The position numbers and the translations under genes were made by a program. The notes beneath the pieces are model-generated. The model was not told the DNA's origin and did not search any database. It saw only the letters and a program-made list of their open reading frames with translations. This document shows, piece after piece, positions 1 to 9,546 of a stretch of DNA of 24,371 bases. This stretch comes from a virus (lineage: Duplodnaviria > Caudoviricetes), in the IMG/VR virus record IMGVR_UViG_3300030372_002798, positions 1 through 24,371 of that record, one strand, 5' to 3'. Position 1 is the first letter of the stretch; each line of letters starts with the position of its first letter.

Positions 1-263
1 CCTGGGAATCCAACAATATTAGCATTTGTATTATCTGTCATACTAAATGATGTACTTGCCAAATCGTGGTCATAACTATAAAACTCTGTCATATTATGTG
101 GAGCAGAGCCATCTGGTCTATCTGCACTATCGTTCGCAGTATTTATAGTTGCAACAGTACCATCAGATAAATCTTCTAATGAACTATTAGCAGTTGTACC
201 ACTTCTACCAAACTCTCCATTAATATCACTAATGCTTATTTGTCCAGAAGAAGTAAGTGTCAT
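1..263 (-). CDS. Partial virion/fibre-tip protein (runs off left edge; not in ORF track)
   Basis: ATG at 263 with upstream GAGGTAGG SD. Reads MTLTSSGQISISDINGEFGRSGTTANSSLEDLSDG...HNMTEFYSYDH with no stop to the window edge. This MxLxSSGxISxxDIxxEFG start is typical of small proteins downstream of S74-chaperone fibres. Confidence 0.75.
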   Translation of the reverse strand, partial: MTLTSSGQISISDINGEFGRSGTTANSSLEDLSDGTVATINTANDSADRPDGSAPHNMTEFYSYDHDLASTSFSMTDNTNANIVGFP

Positions 264-306
264 TTCCTACCTCTTATGCGATTTATTAATCTAATAACAT
301 AAGCTA

Positions 307-3285
307 TCATTTCTTAAGTTCCTCTATTTCTGCTTTAAGTTCTTTTACAGCTTCTACTAATACACCAACCATTTTTTCATAGTTTACTGTTTTGAAGTCT
401 TTTTCATCTCCGTCACGCCCAAACTCTCCAACTCTTAAAGTTTTCACAGAAACTACTTCTGGTAATACTTCTTCAACTTCTTGTGCAATTAATCCAATAT
501 CGTGTTGTCCTTTTCTTGATGTAGCAGTCCAGTCAAACTCAACACCTCTTAATTTCATTACTTTATCAAGTCCATTTTCTATCGTAGAAATGTTTTCTTT
601 TAATTGTCTATCAGATGGAGAACTACTAAACGCTACAACATCTCCTTTAAAATGTGCTTCTCCAGCATTTGTAATTTTTGCAACTGCATCTGCTGTGCCA
701 CTATCTAAATCATTATCAGTACCAGTAATAACTCTTACTTCTCCAGTACCATTGTTAGTTTCATCTGGACATAAATAAACATGATTTACACCAGTTAATG
801 ATACTCCATTAGCAACTGCTGAATTTGTATCATCATCTAATACTAATCTGTTTGTACCATTACTTCTTCCGTGTATATCATCTACATCAAAAACACCAGA
901 AACATTAAGAGTTCCGTCTATATCTGTGTTATCTAAATTAGTAGTTCCGTCTACATCAATATTTCCAGATATATCTAAAGACGACCCTTCTATTTCTCCG
1001 TGTACTAATACTCCTCTACTTCCAGCACTTCCAATTTCTGTTCTTTGTCCTACATCACACATAATAAATGGCGCTCCTGCTCCAGAATCCCATATTTGAA
1101 ATACACCACTACCAGATACATCAAAACTTGATTCTCCAGCTACTGTTATATTTACACCGTCATTCCAAGCAATGTTGGAAGAAAAAGTAGCCATATTTAA
1201 AGTAGCACTACCAGAATTTGAGCCACCAGTTAAATTTGTACCAGCTACAACTGCAGTAATATCTCCAGTGTTAGCAGTAGCTCCACTTGCTATTCCGTCA
1301 AGTTTGCTTCCGTCAGAAGCAATATCTCTTCCGTCTACTGTTCCAGATAATGTTAAATTACCAGAACTATCTATTTTAAATCTTTCAGTCATTGTGATAG
1401 CTGTATCAATAGTACCAGTAGTTGCTCCAGCATTGAAGAACTTTAATTCATTATCAAAGTATAATGCTCCTCTTGTAAAGTTTGAATTGTCAGCACTATT
1501 AATAAATTGTTCATCTGCATCTGTTTTTGGTTTTACTCCATATCCAAATACATTTGCTCCAGATGAATATGCCATACCCCAAGTATTTAAATAATCTTTA
1601 TTAGCATCTCCATAACCAATAGCATAAGCTACTGCTCCATTAGTTGCTGCTGGATTAGATACAATACCTGGACTTGTTGTATCCTCACACTCTACATATA
1701 GTCTTTCGTATGGAGTACCAGCTGCGATACCAACATAATTGTTACCAGCATCAACTTTAAGCATATTAGCTTGTCCATTAGATTCTACCCTAAAGTCTGC
1801 ATCATGGCTTCCTTCATTAACTACTAATCCATATTGTAATACTGAATTACCAGAAACTGCTAAATCTCCTACAACACTTGCTCCACTTGTATCAATGTGC
1901 ATACGCTCAGTACCACTTGAACTACCTGCTGTTGCTCCAGTTCTAAAACTTAACACACTACCAGATTGGAATATTGCACTTGTAGATGTACCAGTAAAAA
2001 ATATTCTTTCTGAATTTGATGTAGTACTTCCGTCTGCATCCATATTTATACCATTGGCATTGTCTCCACTTACTGTTAATAAATGACCATTAAAAGTAAG
2101 ATTGGCTTCTGCGTTCATAGCGTCTGTTCCAGTAGCAGTTACAATTCTGTTATTGCTACCATTAGACATAAAGTCTGATACATCTACACTTATAGTAGTG
2201 CTTGATATATCTATACCAGTTCCTGCTGTATCAAGTGTTGCGTCTAACTGCGTTTGAATATTAGAAGTTACTCCGTCTACATAATTTAATTCTGCTTTGG
2301 TAGCAGTAATACCTAAGTTAGTAATCGCATTGGCTTGTTGTGTGCCAGTTAATCCTTGTGAAGCTGTATCTACTCTTAGTCTATTGCCTAATGAAGTAGA
2401 TGTTGTTGTTGCGAAGTTAGCATCATCTCCTAAAGCTGCTGCTAATTCGTCTAATGTATTTAAAGCACTTGGTGCTGAATTAACAATACCAGCTACTTCT
2501 GCGTCTACATACGCTTTAATACTTTGTTGTGATGCTGCCGCTGTTGCACTATTAGAAGCCATATTGTCTTCGTCTTTTAAAGTTAGTTGAGTGTTGGCAG
2601 TCATATCGTCTACGACTAAATCTATTGTACCATCTCCATCCTGATAGGTAGCTGCAATTCTTGTTTCAGTATTTGATGAGAACATTGCTCCTACGATGTC
2701 CTGTACTTGTTCAGTTGATAATTGTGTATTATCATTTGCAGTCATGTCATCAACTACAAGGTCTATTGTACCATCGCCATCTTCATAAGTGGCACTAATA
2801 CGAGTTTCGGTGTTGCTTGAGAACATAGCCCCTACTATATCTTGGACTTGCTCAGTAGATAATTGAGTGTTGTCGTTAGCAGTCATATCATCAACTACCA
2901 AGTCAATAGTTCCATCTCCATCTTGGTATGAAGCACTGATGCGTGTTTCGGTGTTAGAGGTAAACATAGCTCCAACAATATCTTGAACATTTTCTGTAGT
3001 AAGTTGAGTGTCAGTATCTAAATCATCTACAACTAAATCAATAGTTCCATCTGAATCTTGATAAGTAGCGGTAATTCTTGTTTCTGTATTGCTACTAAAC
3101 ATAGCTCCCACTATGTCTTGGACCGCTTCAGTATCCAATGAAGCACTACCACTTAAATCTACAATACTGCCATTATCATTGATATATAATTTATCAGCAC
3201 TTCTGTCAAACGCTAATTCTTTATCTGTAATATCACTGGTAGTAGGTGTACCACTACCAGCTTTAATCTTAATGGTATTCGCCAT
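307..3285 (-). CDS. Long fibre protein with C-terminal peptidase S74-type intramolecular chaperone
   Basis: 992 aa, rich in G/S/T/D/N. Fibre motif SAPSALNTLDELAAALGDDANFATT. C-terminal SDRQLKENI...GLIAQEVEEVLPEVV...VNYEKMVGVLVEAVKELKAEIEELK is the autocleaving chaperone signature. GGAG SD. Confidence 0.9.
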   Translation of the reverse strand: MANTIKIKAGSGTPTTSDITDKELAFDRSADKLYINDNGSIVDLSGSASLDTEAVQDIVGAMFSSNTETRITATYQDSDGTIDLVVDDLDTDTQLTTENVQDIVGAMFTSNTETRISASYQDGDGTIDLVVDDMTANDNTQLSTEQVQDIVGAMFSSNTETRISATYEDGDGTIDLVVDDMTANDNTQLSTEQVQDIVGAMFSSNTETRIAATYQDGDGTIDLVVDDMTANTQLTLKDEDNMASNSATAAASQQSIKAYVDAEVAGIVNSAPSALNTLDELAAALGDDANFATTTSTSLGNRLRVDTASQGLTGTQQANAITNLGITATKAELNYVDGVTSNIQTQLDATLDTAGTGIDISSTTISVDVSDFMSNGSNNRIVTATGTDAMNAEANLTFNGHLLTVSGDNANGINMDADGSTTSNSERIFFTGTSTSAIFQSGSVLSFRTGATAGSSSGTERMHIDTSGASVVGDLAVSGNSVLQYGLVVNEGSHDADFRVESNGQANMLKVDAGNNYVGIAAGTPYERLYVECEDTTSPGIVSNPAATNGAVAYAIGYGDANKDYLNTWGMAYSSGANVFGYGVKPKTDADEQFINSADNSNFTRGALYFDNELKFFNAGATTGTIDTAITMTERFKIDSSGNLTLSGTVDGRDIASDGSKLDGIASGATANTGDITAVVAGTNLTGGSNSGSATLNMATFSSNIAWNDGVNITVAGESSFDVSGSGVFQIWDSGAGAPFIMCDVGQRTEIGSAGSRGVLVHGEIEGSSLDISGNIDVDGTTNLDNTDIDGTLNVSGVFDVDDIHGRSNGTNRLVLDDDTNSAVANGVSLTGVNHVYLCPDETNNGTGEVRVITGTDNDLDSGTADAVAKITNAGEAHFKGDVVAFSSSPSDRQLKENISTIENGLDKVMKLRGVEFDWTATSRKGQHDIGLIAQEVEEVLPEVVSVKTLRVGEFGRDGDEKDFKTVNYEKMVGVLVEAVKELKAEIEELKK
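2584..3132 (-). repeat. Four tandem 45-47 aa intragenic repeats (TEQVQDIVGAMFSSNTETRISATYQDGDGTIDLVVDDMTANDNTQL)
   Basis: Directly visible in the translation, aa ~52-234, with periods 45, 47 and 47. Confidence 0.95.
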
Positions 3286-3301
3286 AGTTTTCTCCTAAAT
3301 A

Positions 3302-4174
3302 TTAATAAGTGCCACCATCTACAGTAGCTCCATCTAAAGCTCCAGTAAGAGTAAGTGTGCTAAAAGTAGCTCCACCTAAACTACCACTAAACACTTCACT
3401 TGAATTTGATGCGTCTGGAATATATTTAAACAATCCATCACTATCATCATATCCAAAGAATCCAACTTTAGCCGCACTACCAGTATGGTATCTAAATTCA
3501 ACACCTCTGTCTTTATTATCATCACTTCCTGGAGCAGAATCTCCACCCAGTGTAATAATAGGGTCATCTAAAGTCGTTGTTGTAGAGTTTACAGTAGTTG
3601 TAGTACCATTAACAGTAAGATTGCCACCTACAGTAAAGTTACCAGTTGAACTACAATTACCTGCTAAAGCAATATTATCTACTATTTTAGCAGCAGTTAC
3701 TTGGTCATCTGCAATGTGAGCAGTGTCAATAGAGCCATCAGTGTAGTGTTCGCTATCAATAGCGTCATCTGCAAGTTTTGCTCCAGTTATAGCGTCAGCT
3801 GCAATTTCTGCAGTTACAACACCACCAGTTTTAATAGTTACTACTCCACTACTTACATCAAAGTTATCGCTTGAAAAAGATGCAATACCTTTTGCACTCG
3901 TTGAAGCAAAGATGTTTGAGTCAGTTAAATCTACTGCAAGAGTTTGAGAGTTATCATTAGCATTACCAGATGCTGCAGTTTTAGAAATACCATTACCTGC
4001 ACTTAAATCTTCCAAAGTAGGTAAGTGAAATACTTCAACACTACTATTGTTATGTCTACCAATGAATAATTTTTTACCTGCCTGGTTTAATGCCAACTCT
4101 CCACTAACTAAAGTTCCTGGAGCTGCGTCTGTAGAGTTACTACTATGTCTTTTAATTTGGACTATATTAGCCAT
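3302..4174 (-). CDS. Fibre-like virion protein
   Basis: 290 aa. N-terminus IQIKR...GELALN...KLFIG resembles fibre anchoring domains. Contains VTxAKIAD-type repeats and GNLTVNGTTTTVNSTT. Ends DGGTY. AGGAG SD. Confidence 0.75.
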   Translation of the reverse strand: MANIVQIKRHSSNSTDAAPGTLVSGELALNQAGKKLFIGRHNNSSVEVFHLPTLEDLSAGNGISKTAASGNANDNSQTLAVDLTDSNIFASTSAKGIASFSSDNFDVSSGVVTIKTGGVVTAEIAADAITGAKLADDAIDSEHYTDGSIDTAHIADDQVTAAKIVDNIALAGNCSSTGNFTVGGNLTVNGTTTTVNSTTTTLDDPIITLGGDSAPGSDDNKDRGVEFRYHTGSAAKVGFFGYDDSDGLFKYIPDASNSSEVFSGSLGGATFSTLTLTGALDGATVDGGTY

Positions 4175-4187
4175 TTTATTCTCCTAA

Positions 4188-4466
4188 TTATGTATAAGTT
4201 CCACCCTCAAGGGTTTTATTGTCTAATGCTTGACTTGATGCGACATCTACAATGTCGTCATTATTTGTTCCTCCTACTGTCTTATCATCTAATTGATTTA
4301 GCTCTGATGTAGTAGCAGTTAATCCATCTGTAATATTTATTTCAGACGCACTTGCAGTAACACCATTTAACTTTGTTAAGTCAGATTGTGTTACTCCACT
4401 ACTATCTACTTTCGTTACTGCAGAATCAATCGTTCCACCATTATGTGATGATATATAATTAGCCAT
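4188..4466 (-). CDS. Small virion protein (fibre adaptor-like)
   Basis: 92 aa with GVTASASEIN and GLTATTSELNQLD repeats, also seen in the long fibre as GITATKAELNYVDG. Ends EGGTYT. AAGGAG SD. Confidence 0.65.
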   Translation of the reverse strand: MANYISSHNGGTIDSAVTKVDSSGVTQSDLTKLNGVTASASEINITDGLTATTSELNQLDDKTVGGTNNDDIVDVASSQALDNKTLEGGTYT

Positions 4467-4484
4467 ACTTTCTCCTTATAGTTA

Positions 4485-4505
4485 TGGGGAGCATAAAGCT
4501 CCCCA
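4485..4505 (-). terminator. GC-rich hairpin after the capsid gene (attenuator or mRNA-stabilising stem)
   Basis: TGGGGAGC-ATAAA-GCTCCCCA, a perfect 8-bp stem 10 nt past the MCP stop. No long U-run follows, so readthrough is likely. Confidence 0.6.
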
Positions 4506-4514
4506 AATTAACTA

Positions 4515-5387
4515 TTATGATGGGTTTGCAAAGTTTACAATTCCCGCTGTAGCATCATTAGCTGCTTTCGCTAAACAAGCTCCAAACAGAGTATCTGCAA
4601 CAACTGAAGTTGCAAGATGGTCAATATCATACTCGGATTGCACACGAGGTGAAATCTGTTGAGCATAATAAATTGAATCTCTATTGAAGATTGACGCTGT
4701 TTCGTCTCCAGTACCACCATCATCATCCCAATCTGTGCTTGAGAATAGATTTAAGCCGTATGCTTTCATAATCATACCGCTTGCTAATGGATTTTCGCCA
4801 TCTCCTCTCTTATGAGCTTCTGCAAAATCGCCTAAGCTTAAAAGAGACATATATGCTGCAGGAGAAGCGTATAAATAGTGTCCTCCATCTGCATAGTCAT
4901 GGTTTCCATCAAGAAGTTTTTGTAATCCACTTCTTAAAAGAGCTGTAGTAAATACATTGTCTGTAGCTAAAGTAACATCATTTTGTGATGCTGATTGAAT
5001 AATACCAGCAATATATGCTTCTACTTTTTTAGCTAAAGCATAGCCCATAGCTCTTGTATATTGATTGAATAAGTCTGCTGACTCTTGCACACGAACAATG
5101 TCGTCAATTCTCTTAGCATTATACCAGTGTTGGTCTACTGTTAATTGAGTTTCTACATCTGTTTCGTTTGCGTATGTAACCGCAGTACCAGCTGATTTTG
5201 CAACCGCTGATTCTTCAGTTACTCTTGGGATATGTAAAATATCTCCACCTTGAGATAACATAGATGAGAAGTCAGTAACTTGATTTCTTAATCTAAAGTT
5301 TCTCTCGGCATAATTTAGGATAGCGTCTCTCCACATTTCTGGGATAAACACTGCCGCTGTTGTTGGGGTAACATTTCCACTTGCCAT
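4515..5387 (-). CDS. Major capsid protein (HK97 fold)
   Basis: 290 aa with N-terminal FIPEMW, GDILHIP, and GYALAKKVE long helix. Follows a scaffold gene, has a strong AAGGAG SD and a downstream hairpin. Confidence 0.85.
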   Translation of the reverse strand: MASGNVTPTTAAVFIPEMWRDAILNYAERNFRLRNQVTDFSSMLSQGGDILHIPRVTEESAVAKSAGTAVTYANETDVETQLTVDQHWYNAKRIDDIVRVQESADLFNQYTRAMGYALAKKVEAYIAGIIQSASQNDVTLATDNVFTTALLRSGLQKLLDGNHDYADGGHYLYASPAAYMSLLSLGDFAEAHKRGDGENPLASGMIMKAYGLNLFSSTDWDDDGGTGDETASIFNRDSIYYAQQISPRVQSEYDIDHLATSVVADTLFGACLAKAANDATAGIVNFANPS

Positions 5388-5412
5388 TTTTAATTCTCCT
5401 TAGAATTTAAAA

Positions 5413-5952
5413 TTAATTTTTCTTATAAGAGTTTAAAACATCTGACCAGTTTGATTTCCTTTCATCTTGATTTAAATCCTTAAAAGGATTTTCTGATAGA
5501 TTCTTTCTTTGTAGCCCTGCCTCTGCTTGTTTCACATTTGGCTTGGGTTGTTCTCCAAAGTCCTCTACCATATTTCTTAATGTTGAAATATCGACTGATT
5601 CGTATTTTTCTCTTCTATCTTCTGGCAACTTATTAAGCAGACGATTTTTTTCATCTGTCTCATAGCGGGTTAAGGTTTCATTAGTAGAATTATATTTTTC
5701 TTCTAACTCTTTAGCCTTTTGTCGTTCCTCCGCAAGCAAAGTTTGATACTCTCCATCTTTTTCAAGTTTCTCTGCTCTTGCCAGTTCTTTCTCTTTGTTT
5801 AATGATTCCATATTTTCACGAAGTTTATTTCGTTCTGCTATGACTTCATTAAAGCGAGAAAATGGTACGCTATTGTCTTTTTCTACGACTTTAGTGTCTT
5901 GAGGCTCTTTAACGCCATCCTCTTGGGCTTCTATTTTTATATTTTCTTCCAT
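5413..5952 (-). CDS. Capsid scaffolding protein
   Basis: 179 aa charged coiled-coil with VPFSRFNEVIAERN motif, immediately upstream of the MCP. Confidence 0.8.
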   Translation of the reverse strand: MEENIKIEAQEDGVKEPQDTKVVEKDNSVPFSRFNEVIAERNKLRENMESLNKEKELARAEKLEKDGEYQTLLAEERQKAKELEEKYNSTNETLTRYETDEKNRLLNKLPEDRREKYESVDISTLRNMVEDFGEQPKPNVKQAEAGLQRKNLSENPFKDLNQDERKSNWSDVLNSYKKN

Positions 5953-6020
5953 TTTTACTCCTTTTGTGGATATATTATTAATATAAAATGTAAATTTTAT
6001 ATGTTAATTTTACAACTTAT

Positions 6021-7340
6021 ATGAATAAAGTTCCAAAAGAATATCAATTTAAGAAGAAATGGTTTGAATATATGGGTTACGAGCCGCATCCAGGACAAGA
6101 AAAGATGCACTATCCAGAAAATCCAAACGCTTCCTTCTTTGTAAACATCTGTGGTAGAAGATATGGAAAGACTACCGCGGCGTATCGTGAAGCAGAATTT
6201 TATGCTGCACAACCAAATAAAAAGATTTGGCTTGTTGGATTATCATATAAGAAATCAAGACTTATGTTTCGTGAAGTATATGCAAACATGGTTAAGGGAA
6301 ACAAGAAAGATATTGTTGCTGCATCTGAAAAAGAACAGTATATAAGATTTGCTTGGGGGAGTACAGTAGAAGGAATGTCTGCAGACAATCCATCTTCTTT
6401 GCTTGGGGAGGGATTAGACTTGGTTATTATTGACGAAGCTGCAAAAATGCCAAGAAAGATTTGGGATATGTATTTATCTCCAACCTTATCTGACAAGAAA
6501 GGTAAAGCTATTTTTATTACTACTCCAAATGGATATAACTGGATTTATGATTTATATTTATTAGGTAAACAAGACCCTAAGTGGTATTCAACATCATCTC
6601 CAAGTTGGGAAAACTACCATGCGTTCCCAGATGGTATTAATGACGAGTTTCTACAAGAAAGAAAAAGAAATTTATCAAAAGAAATATTTGACCAAGAGTA
6701 TGGAGCGAAGTTTGCATCATTTCAAGGTAAGGTATATCCATTTGATAGAGACTTAGATGTTAAAAAGGTTGAGTACCAACCACATCTTCCAACTTATTGC
6801 ACTATTGACTTTGGCTATAGAATGCCAGCAGTTGTGTTTTTACAAACATATAGAAATAATGGTGTTTGGTATATAAATATAATTGACGAAATTATACATA
6901 AGAAAAATGTTGCTACAGAAACATTAGCACAAATGATTTTAGATAAAAATTATCCTATCCTTCGATACTATGGAGACCCAGCTGGATACAATGTACAAGG
7001 GCAAACTGGGATGGGAGATATAGAAATCTTTAAAAATTCCGGTATTAATGTTAGATTTAGGACTGATAAAGCAAGTAGAAACATTGCATCTTCTGTAAGT
7101 TATGTCAGAGGATTCTTTGAATCTGCTTCTGGAGACAGAAAAATATCAGTATCTGATAAATGTACTGGAATTATAGAAGATTTTGAAAACTACCGCTATC
7201 CAGAAGAAGTAGAAGGTAGAACTTTATCTAATGACCCAATTAAAGATGGGTTTTATGAACATGGTTGTGATGCGTTTAGATATTTTATAACTAATCGTTT
7301 CCCAATGGTAAACAACGAATTAATAAGGATTGCAAGATGA
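6021..7340 (+). CDS. terL: Terminase large subunit
   Basis: Walker A CGRRYGKT, Walker B LVIIDEAA, coupling motif ITTP, RNase H-like TIDFG, YYGDPAG and C-terminal HGCDAFRY. Confidence 0.95.
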   Translation: MNKVPKEYQFKKKWFEYMGYEPHPGQEKMHYPENPNASFFVNICGRRYGKTTAAYREAEFYAAQPNKKIWLVGLSYKKSRLMFREVYANMVKGNKKDIVAASEKEQYIRFAWGSTVEGMSADNPSSLLGEGLDLVIIDEAAKMPRKIWDMYLSPTLSDKKGKAIFITTPNGYNWIYDLYLLGKQDPKWYSTSSPSWENYHAFPDGINDEFLQERKRNLSKEIFDQEYGAKFASFQGKVYPFDRDLDVKKVEYQPHLPTYCTIDFGYRMPAVVFLQTYRNNGVWYINIIDEIIHKKNVATETLAQMILDKNYPILRYYGDPAGYNVQGQTGMGDIEIFKNSGINVRFRTDKASRNIASSVSYVRGFFESASGDRKISVSDKCTGIIEDFENYRYPEEVEGRTLSNDPIKDGFYEHGCDAFRYFITNRFPMVNNELIRIAR

Positions 7341-8713
7341 TATTAACGCCTCAAGAGATTATAAAAAAGTCTTTAAAAGAATTTAAACTTCAGTCAGTTT
7401 CTAATAAAAGAGAAGAAGTAATTAAGTATTTAGATTATTACACTGGAACAGAAACTAATAAATACATAGAAAACTATTTTGATACAGACGCATTTAGAGA
7501 AATACCTCAGTATTCTGCAAACATTACAAAGAAATTTATTAATAAGATGTCAAGGCTATATACTGTAGGAGCTAAAAGAAGCCCTAAAGGTGTTTACGAA
7601 GATATGACTATGAAAAAGAATGTAAAGATGAAACACATTGAAAAAATGACAAAATTGTTAGGTACTGTAGCAGTTGGAGTGTTTTATAAAGAAGAAGATG
7701 ACAAAAAATACTTTGAATATGTACCAGTTTACTATTTTATGCCTTTTTTTGACGACAATGATGTATTTAATCCTTACGCAATTACTTATCCTAACTTTAT
7801 GCCAGTAGATGATGCTTACAATAACGATAAAATGACTTATTCTTATTATGACCAAAAAAGATATATAAAATACGACCAAGAAGGTAATATCTTAGAAGAA
7901 ATAGCTAATGAAAGTGGAGTTTTTCCTTTTGTTTTCTTTCATAGAGAGGACCAAATAGATTCTTTCTTTGTTGAAGGAGCAAATGACATTATTTCTGCTA
8001 ACGAACATATTAATATCACTATGACAGAAATGCAATTAGGTTTAAGATACCAAATGTTTGGACAACCAGTTGCTTCTGGTATTATTGCAGACCAAAATAT
8101 TGCAAGAGCAGGGTCAAATGAGATTCTTATGCTTGGAGAAAATGGGAATTTTGACATTGTATCTCCAAAAGGCAACCTTGAGTCTGTTATTGAGAATATA
8201 AAGCTACAATTAGAGCTTGTAGCCCTTAATAACCACCTTTATATCACATTTTCTGATACTGGAGGCGAAGTTCCTTCTGGTATTGCCTTAAAAATTAAGG
8301 ATGTTGAAAGAATGGAAGACTATCAAGACGATAAAGAGATGTTTCGTATCTTTGAACACAAGATGTATAAGGTAGAAGAGGCTATTGCGTCTTATAATAG
8401 CATAAAACTACCAAAAACAGAAGATTTTATGATAGATTTCTATGATGTTGAGTATCCAATGACTACTCAAGATATGATTCTTCAAAATAACTTTGATTTA
8501 CAGAACAATTTGACTACACAAGCACACATTCTAATGAAAAACAACAAAGATTTAGATTTAGAGGCTGCAGTAGAGCAAATTGCACAAAATAAAGAGATAA
8601 ATCAGTTATTAGCAGGTAATTTTGAGCAAGAAGAAGAAAATGAAGAAGCCAAAGTCGAAAATGTAGAAGAAAATCAACAAGAAGAAGAAGATGAAGTTGT
8701 TTCTGACGATTGA
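7337..8713 (+). CDS. Portal protein
   Basis: 458 aa, ATGA-coupled to terL. N-terminal YLDYYTG, PFVFF, SGIALK motif of SPP1-like portals, acidic C-terminal tail. Confidence 0.85.
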   Translation: MILTPQEIIKKSLKEFKLQSVSNKREEVIKYLDYYTGTETNKYIENYFDTDAFREIPQYSANITKKFINKMSRLYTVGAKRSPKGVYEDMTMKKNVKMKHIEKMTKLLGTVAVGVFYKEEDDKKYFEYVPVYYFMPFFDDNDVFNPYAITYPNFMPVDDAYNNDKMTYSYYDQKRYIKYDQEGNILEEIANESGVFPFVFFHREDQIDSFFVEGANDIISANEHINITMTEMQLGLRYQMFGQPVASGIIADQNIARAGSNEILMLGENGNFDIVSPKGNLESVIENIKLQLELVALNNHLYITFSDTGGEVPSGIALKIKDVERMEDYQDDKEMFRIFEHKMYKVEEAIASYNSIKLPKTEDFMIDFYDVEYPMTTQDMILQNNFDLQNNLTTQAHILMKNNKDLDLEAAVEQIAQNKEINQLLAGNFEQEEENEEAKVENVEENQQEEEDEVVSDD

Positions 8714-9308
8714 TTTCGATTTTGACCCTTTAAAAAAGGCTTTGCCAAAACTTATGGTAAAGAGAATCAATGATGACATAGAAATAGTCAAAAAACAGAT
8801 AGAGAAAGGCTTAAAAACATCAAAAAGTCCAGTAACTGGTAAAATGTTTGCTCCTATAAGTGAAGTTACAAGAAAAGTAAGAAAAATTAGACGACAAACA
8901 AGAAAATCAAAAGATAGACCACTTGTAGCAACTGGAAGAATGGGCAGATTAAAGATTAAGAAGGCTACCAGACAAGGAAAGTTAGCTTTTTATGGATTTA
9001 TACAAATGGGAGCTGACTATGGACAGTATCATCTACAAGAACAAACAATTCAAACTAATTTTAGTGCAGTTGGTAGAGCAAGAAGCAAAAAAGAAAAAAT
9101 ACCAGGTGGCGAAAGAAAAACTATGAACAGAAAATCAACTTTTTTCAAAGTAAAAGGCAAAAAAGTTCCTGCAAGAATTTGGTTTGGAGAGCCTAAAAAT
9201 TATACTGGAAAGAAAAGTTTTCGTAGTTTTATGTTTGCAGTAAAGCGTAAATTGAAAGAAGGCAAAATTATAATTAAAAAACCTATTGGGAGTATTAGTC
9301 TTGGATAA
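8691..9308 (+). CDS. Virion morphogenesis protein (Mu gpG / P2 gpS-like)
   Basis: Basic 205 aa protein with the pattern SPVTGKMFAPISEVT...PLVATGRM...YGQYH...VPARIWFG. Follows the portal. Confidence 0.6.
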   Translation: MKLFLTIDFDFDPLKKALPKLMVKRINDDIEIVKKQIEKGLKTSKSPVTGKMFAPISEVTRKVRKIRRQTRKSKDRPLVATGRMGRLKIKKATRQGKLAFYGFIQMGADYGQYHLQEQTIQTNFSAVGRARSKKEKIPGGERKTMNRKSTFFKVKGKKVPARIWFGEPKNYTGKKSFRSFMFAVKRKLKEGKIIIKKPIGSISLG

Positions 9309-9546
9309 ATTAAAAGAATTATTAAATAAACTTTTTGAAAAAATAGAAGATGTTGAACAAATAGCAGTTCACAACAACAATTTGCTTGGGTTTATGTTAT
9401 CTAATAGAGCAAAAAGCGAAAAACCTAAATCTGCAGTATATTTTAATCCAGAAACTCACAAAATACTCGCTATACATTTGGATATGGAATTAATGGAATA
9501 TTTAGAGGAAAATAATATATCTTTGGATTCTTTTGGAGATGCTTAA
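9286..9546 (+). CDS. Hypothetical protein
   Basis: ORF overlapping the upstream gene end. The start may be the TTG at 9301 behind GGGAG. Confidence 0.55.
   Translation: MGVLVLDKLKELLNKLFEKIEDVEQIAVHNNNLLGFMLSNRAKSEKPKSAVYFNPETHKILAIHLDMELMEYLEENNISLDSFGDA

Noticed and set aside
2584-3132. Diversity-generating retroelement TR/VR pair
   Set aside because: Differences between copies are mostly synonymous and not adenine-specific, and no reverse transcriptase is in the window.
392-3719. Several plus-strand ORFs of 69-140 aa opposite the fibre genes
   Set aside because: They are in-register antisense shadows of strongly biased real genes, with no SD and no motifs.
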